Positions 59,429-64,000 of a stretch of DNA of 64,000 bases are shown one piece after another. Position numbers and translations under genes: made by a program. Location of the stretch: assembly GCA_965225855.1 (NCBI GenBank), contig CBDDCK010000005.1, positions 1,920,001-1,984,000 on the forward strand, read 5' to 3'. Numbering within the stretch: position 1 is the first letter of the stretch; each line of letters opens with the position of its first letter. The notes beneath the pieces are model-generated. The model saw only the letters and a list, made by a program, of their open reading frames with translations. It was not told the DNA's origin and did not search any database. Source of the stretch: Spirochaetia bacterium (GTDB taxonomy: Bacteria; Spirochaetota; Spirochaetia; SP-2023).

Positions 59429-61078
59429 TTATAACCAAAAATTCTCAATATCTATATCTGTGAATATCCGGTGCTTTTCTTGGAGCTGTTTGAGCCAATG
59501 GTTATCCAATTTTCGGCGGGCAAGTCCTTGCAATATTGTTAGAGTGTTTTTAATGTGCTCGCTTGTTCTGGTAGTTGCATAATCTTTGTTCGTATCAGAC
59601 TTTATCATAAAAGCCCAATCGGAAGCACAAGCTAAACAGAATTCCCGAATCAGCTGCTTGATAGCTTGTTGTAGACAAAATCCATATTCTTCGTTTTGAT
59701 TATTTCTGTTTTCCTGTTGATTCAATTTTGATTTATAGTCTAAAATAACTTCTATACTTTCGTATAGTTCAAATAATTGAGAGTATATCCAATCATTTTT
59801 TTGGTCAAGCCAAACTTGAGCATAACCATCTCGCCCCCAGCTACTAAAGCAAGGATTCAAAGTCTGAAAACAGTATTCTTTTTGTAAGTATTCACTAGGC
59901 GTTATAAACTTGAGACTAATTTTATCCGTTTTTTGCTGTTCATGGTTGGAGCGAAATAACTGCTCTAAAAAATGTGGGCCTTCATGCCACCAGTGGCCAA
60001 AAAGTTCGGCATCGTAAACTGTACTAATCAAAGTTTGTTTGTTCATCAACAGACTTGCTTTTTGGCTGTGATCCCAAAGATGCTGTAAAAAATTCAACGA
60101 GTGCTGTTTGGTCAAAGTCAAAGCCTTATCTTTTTCATAAGGAGAATTGCAAACATTGCTTTTGCTATCGTGCTGTTGTTCAATGCGCCACAGTTTTATG
60201 CCTGTATAATAGCGCAAATTACCAAATGGCAGATATGGGCTCAATACTTCTAAATCCGCTTTATAACCGACATCTTGGTAAAAATCTCTGTAAGCTTTTG
60301 CCCCTGGATAACCGATATGTTGATCCCAAATAATGGCAGAACTAGCTTGTTCCCGCGGGAATAGAATTAAACCTTCCGGGCTTTGGATAGGTGCAAAGCT
60401 ACCATATTTTGGCAATTGGGAATTGCCCAGCATACCGTGTAAAGTGATGTAACAATAACGGATTCCTTCTTTTAGTAAAAGTTTATCAAGACCATCGTAG
60501 TAACCACATTCGGGCAACCAAATACCCAGAGATTCTTGATTGCCAAAGTGCTTTTCAAAGGTGGCAATGGCTAATCGCAATTGTTGGCGTATTAACTTGG
60601 GGTACTCTTGGAAATTCGGTAGAAATGCATGGGTTGCACTTGTACACAATAAATCTAACATACCCTTATCGCGGTACTGGCGAAAGGCGGGAATTAAATT
60701 GCATTGATATTGTTTCTCAAATAGTAAAGCACTTTTTTGATAGAATTTTAAATAATCATCTAAAACTTGTCGTTCTGCTTCGAGACATTGCCAATTCTGC
60801 ATTAAAGTTTTACACAAAGCCGATTGGCGTTCGAGGTATTCAAGATAGCGAACTTGTAATTCTGGGTAGTCTAGCATGGCCAATAATGTCGATGAGATAG
60901 ATATTGCTAGACGACAGGGAATATTATCATTTTCCAAACGTTGGAACAGCTGTAATAAAGGTATATAAGTTTCGCTAATGGCTTCAAAAAACCAATTTTC
61001 TTCTAAAAATGAAGGATGCTCTGGGTGGTAAACATAGGGAAGGTGTGCATTTAAAAGAATACTAAAATAGTTATCCAT
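59429..61078 (-). CDS. GH57-family glycoside hydrolase/branching enzyme
   Basis: LNAHLPYV, ETYIPLL, THAFLP, GIWLPECG, YRDFY, YDAELFGHWWHEG, SSWG, ASDWAF. Confidence 0.92.
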   Translation of the reverse strand: MDNYFSILLNAHLPYVYHPEHPSFLEENWFFEAISETYIPLLQLFQRLENDNIPCRLAISISSTLLAMLDYPELQVRYLEYLERQSALCKTLMQNWQCLEAERQVLDDYLKFYQKSALLFEKQYQCNLIPAFRQYRDKGMLDLLCTSATHAFLPNFQEYPKLIRQQLRLAIATFEKHFGNQESLGIWLPECGYYDGLDKLLLKEGIRYCYITLHGMLGNSQLPKYGSFAPIQSPEGLILFPREQASSAIIWDQHIGYPGAKAYRDFYQDVGYKADLEVLSPYLPFGNLRYYTGIKLWRIEQQHDSKSNVCNSPYEKDKALTLTKQHSLNFLQHLWDHSQKASLLMNKQTLISTVYDAELFGHWWHEGPHFLEQLFRSNHEQQKTDKISLKFITPSEYLQKEYCFQTLNPCFSSWGRDGYAQVWLDQKNDWIYSQLFELYESIEVILDYKSKLNQQENRNNQNEEYGFCLQQAIKQLIREFCLACASDWAFMIKSDTNKDYATTRTSEHIKNTLTILQGLARRKLDNHWLKQLQEKHRIFTDIDIENFWL

Positions 61079-61103
61079 ACATCAAATCCGAGCTTAGATA
61101 ATT

Positions 61104-62093
61104 TTAAGCCACATCAACTGAAGATAATGTTATTGAAGATGCTTTTATGGAAGGTCTAAAGTTGGATAACTCATAAAGCTGGTAAGTCATTTGGGTTTCT
61201 GTATCAGAAGGAGGAGACATCTGCTGTACTTGGAGCAATTGAGGTTTGAAAACTATGGAAGAACGAGAGAGCAAAACATAACGATCAGTATCGCGATTGT
61301 AATAATAAATTTCTGCCCAATAGTATCTACGACCATTCGATAAGTAGATATATCGTTTATATTCTTCACTGCTAACAACAAATGAATAAAAGCCTGTCTC
61401 TTTCTGATTGAGAGCATTGAATTTATTATGTAAATGTTCGGATAGGGAAAAATTAGTGTTATTAAACCAGTTTATCGTACTTAAAGAGTTATTGCCTAGG
61501 TCCGAATCAAAATTGGCAAAGTTTGCGAATTTTGCCAATTTTGATTGGTGGGTTAATTTAGGTATAGTAGAGCTTTCGTGAATAACGATAGATAAATTGG
61601 ATTCTTCCTCTTGATTGTATGCTTGCCGGTTTTGTTCTTGCTTTTTTTGGTGAATGATTTTTTTCATATCTGTAGAAAGCTGCCAGAAAATTATAGCCCA
61701 TTCCATATCCCGCAATATAAAGTGAATTTTATTTTTTGTTAGTCCTAATCCATCATTTAGATAGTTATGAGGTAAAGGCTCTATCATTACACCCGTATAA
61801 TCTTGCTCCAATTCAAACTTATGTAGAGACTGCAATAGTGGTGAATTTAAATCATTTATTGATTCTGCACGTTGCTCAGCAATCACTTCAAATATTTCAT
61901 CAATTAAATCTTCGTGCTCTTCTTGGTCAAGGAATTGGTTTTGTTCGTCCAGTAACTTTGAAGAACTTTTTGTATGAGTGGAAATACCTTGAATATGATG
62001 AATATCCATAAAATTGACTGGGAGTATTCTCAGTTTGATTGCAATCTTTATCAATTTTAGCTGGCTTAAATCCTGCAGATGTGTTTTCGTCAT
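61104..62093 (-). CDS. DUF4912-like hypothetical protein
   Basis: LP..Y....IHFILRD.EWAIIFW and LSRSS motifs; upstream of GH57. Confidence 0.6.
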   Translation of the reverse strand: MTKTHLQDLSQLKLIKIAIKLRILPVNFMDIHHIQGISTHTKSSSKLLDEQNQFLDQEEHEDLIDEIFEVIAEQRAESINDLNSPLLQSLHKFELEQDYTGVMIEPLPHNYLNDGLGLTKNKIHFILRDMEWAIIFWQLSTDMKKIIHQKKQEQNRQAYNQEEESNLSIVIHESSTIPKLTHQSKLAKFANFANFDSDLGNNSLSTINWFNNTNFSLSEHLHNKFNALNQKETGFYSFVVSSEEYKRYIYLSNGRRYYWAEIYYYNRDTDRYVLLSRSSIVFKPQLLQVQQMSPPSDTETQMTYQLYELSNFRPSIKASSITLSSVDVA

Positions 62094-62426
62094 TCAAAAT
62101 TTCTCCAAGGTAACTAGAAATTTATTAAAGCTATAATTGCATTCTTTTTAGATGTAATAGGTTAATTATATGTTAGAATTAAAGAATTTTAGACATAGCT
62201 CGCTATTTATAATGGCAAACATTATATACTTAAGGCTTTATCCATAATCGGTTAAGTAACGCTATTGTAAAGAAATAAAACCTTTATACTATTTTTGTGA
62301 AAGTGGACATAATTGTAATGATCATTCTATTTTTATTCAAGTTTTTTAAAAATATTTCTTCATTTTTTATTAGAGCTGTATTTATTGGTAAAATGTAGAA
62401 CATTTAGCTTTACATATTTAGGTTTT

Positions 62427-63266
62427 TTATTTTCGTATCGTAAATATTGGGCTATGTTCCCAAGTATATTTTTGGGTATTGGTACTATTTTGTTCTGTGA
62501 GCGGAGCAGGTAAATAATTTTGTTCTGAATCAATAGTAGTGGGGTAGGGCAGGATAACTAGAGCCGAACCTTGTTCTATGCTAATTTGGGCTGTGTGAGT
62601 GGTAGCCCAGTTGCTAAGACTATAAGGTAAGTTTGTCTTGGGTAAACTATGTAGGGGCCATTTTAGTTGTTCTGAATACAGCCGGCTTTCTATGGATAGG
62701 GGAAAGACAGAGAGTAATAGAGGTTGGGAGTTGCATTTTCCCAAGTGATCGTTTGATTGATTTATAGGGGAAGCTGCGTTAGTTTGCCGTGGCCAATTTA
62801 ATTCAATTTGTTCGCCAGCTTCTAAGTAAAAAATTGCTTCATAGTGGGTTAGCCAAAGTTTTGGCAATACAGGATAACGCTGGAATTGATAGTCATAGAT
62901 CATGGCTAAGAAATGATCACTGCGCTTGCCCCCTCCACCGACTTGGATAATATTATGGTGGCCTTGTTGTGTTAAGTATTCCAGTGCTAGGTTGCGGTCG
63001 CTTTCGTCTTTGTTAGTAGGGAAGTACAAGCACTGGGTATTGATATTTGGACTTTGGAATAGGCTATGATCTACTGGAGTTGAATCAAAGTCTCCAATAA
63101 TGGCTTCGAGATTTACTTGGTAGTCTTTTGCTAGTTGGCAGCCTCCATCAGCAGCAACCCAGTATAGTTTTTGCTTTGCAGCAGACGGCAAAAATAATTC
63201 TAGCTGTTTACTACAAGGTGCTTCGCCAGCAAGGAGTAGGCCTGCACTAAACTCGAAACTATCCAT
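62427..63266 (-). CDS. thiN: Thiamine diphosphokinase
   Basis: VAADGG, IIGDFDS, KDESD, GGGKRSDH, LKWPL, SLSN. Confidence 0.88.
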   Translation of the reverse strand: MDSFEFSAGLLLAGEAPCSKQLELFLPSAAKQKLYWVAADGGCQLAKDYQVNLEAIIGDFDSTPVDHSLFQSPNINTQCLYFPTNKDESDRNLALEYLTQQGHHNIIQVGGGGKRSDHFLAMIYDYQFQRYPVLPKLWLTHYEAIFYLEAGEQIELNWPRQTNAASPINQSNDHLGKCNSQPLLLSVFPLSIESRLYSEQLKWPLHSLPKTNLPYSLSNWATTHTAQISIEQGSALVILPYPTTIDSEQNYLPAPLTEQNSTNTQKYTWEHSPIFTIRK

Positions 63267-64000
63267 CAGTATAAGTACCCAATAATTTATTCACTGTTTG
63301 TATTGTTTGTGCGGCATGTTCTCTAGCGATATTACAACCCCTGGCCAATATTTGATCGACATAGTCCATATTGGATTCCAGCTCTTTGCGTTTTTTGCGA
63401 ATGGGTTCCAGTTTGCTATTTAATTGTTCGGTTACTACTTGTTTTAAGGTTCGGGCACCGCCATCGCCAATGCTTTGGGCTATATTTTCAGGCTTTTCAC
63501 CATTACATAAGCTGATAATTTGTAACAAATTGGCTACTTCTGGGCGGCGTTCTATTTCGTAGGTAATTAGGCGTTCGCTATCTGTTTTAGCCTTTTTAAT
63601 GGCTTGGGTTACTTGATCTGCGGTGGCCGAAAGTTCAATACTATTCCCTCGACTTTTGCTCATTTTCGATGAACCATCTAAACCTATGATGGCCGGAGCT
63701 TGGCTAAGTAGGCCTATGGGTTTCTTAAAATAAGGTTGTTTGGGGCTATATCGTTGGTTGAAACGCCGAGCAATGTTGCGTGTCAATTCGATATGGGGGA
63801 GTTGGTCTTTCCCTACTGGGACAATGTTGCCATGACAAAATAGAATGTCGGCTGCTTGATGCACAGGGTAGGTCAATAATAATGCTGTAAGCTGTTCTAG
63901 TTTGGAATGCTGTAGTTCTTCCTTGGTTGTGGGGTTGCGCTCTAATTCTTTTTGGGTCACTAAAGTTAAAAACGGCAGTAGAAGTTGGTTTAATTCAGGT
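63259..64000 (-). CDS. trpS: Tryptophan--tRNA ligase, 5'-partial
   Basis: YPVHQAADIL, VPVGKDQLPHIE, KMSKS; the N-terminal part lies beyond the window edge. Confidence 0.95.
   Translation of the reverse strand, partial: PELNQLLLPFLTLVTQKELERNPTTKEELQHSKLEQLTALLLTYPVHQAADILFCHGNIVPVGKDQLPHIELTRNIARRFNQRYSPKQPYFKKPIGLLSQAPAIIGLDGSSKMSKSRGNSIELSATADQVTQAIKKAKTDSERLITYEIERRPEVANLLQIISLCNGEKPENIAQSIGDGGARTLKQVVTEQLNSKLEPIRKKRKELESNMDYVDQILARGCNIAREHAAQTIQTVNKLLGTYTDG

Overview
AT-rich bacterial chromosome segment, probably a spirochaete (inferred from lipoprotein signal style, alpha2-type glyQS and the DUF4912-like/GH57 pair; not proven). Housekeeping blocks: Orn/Lys/Arg decarboxylase, lgt, LMW phosphatase, rpsP-khpA-rimM-trmD-rplS, TolC+RND; then glyQS, recG, yggT, glycoside hydrolase; then htpG, fumarase beta subunit, GH57, thiN, trpS. 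The main feature is five same-strand paralogous surface-lipoprotein genes (LP1-LP5). Each is built from two shuffled ~120-aa repeat domains and a variable acidic stalk, with locally hypervariable, almost entirely non-synonymous codons. Each gene sits in a mosaic cassette of shared non-coding modules: a common promoter with a variable poly-C tract, four families of 23-bp-period repeat arrays, long palindromes and decayed phage-like ORF fragments, including a Mu gpF-like piece. LP1-LP4 bracket three nutrient-uptake islands: a sugar ABC+PfkB kinase, a Fur-boxed haem ABC+ankyrin protein, and a polyol/sugar ABC+SDRs+split transketolase+FGGY kinase. I recognised no transposase, integrase, reverse transcriptase, cas gene, tRNA or rRNA. 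Protein family calls come from motif recognition, not from database searches.
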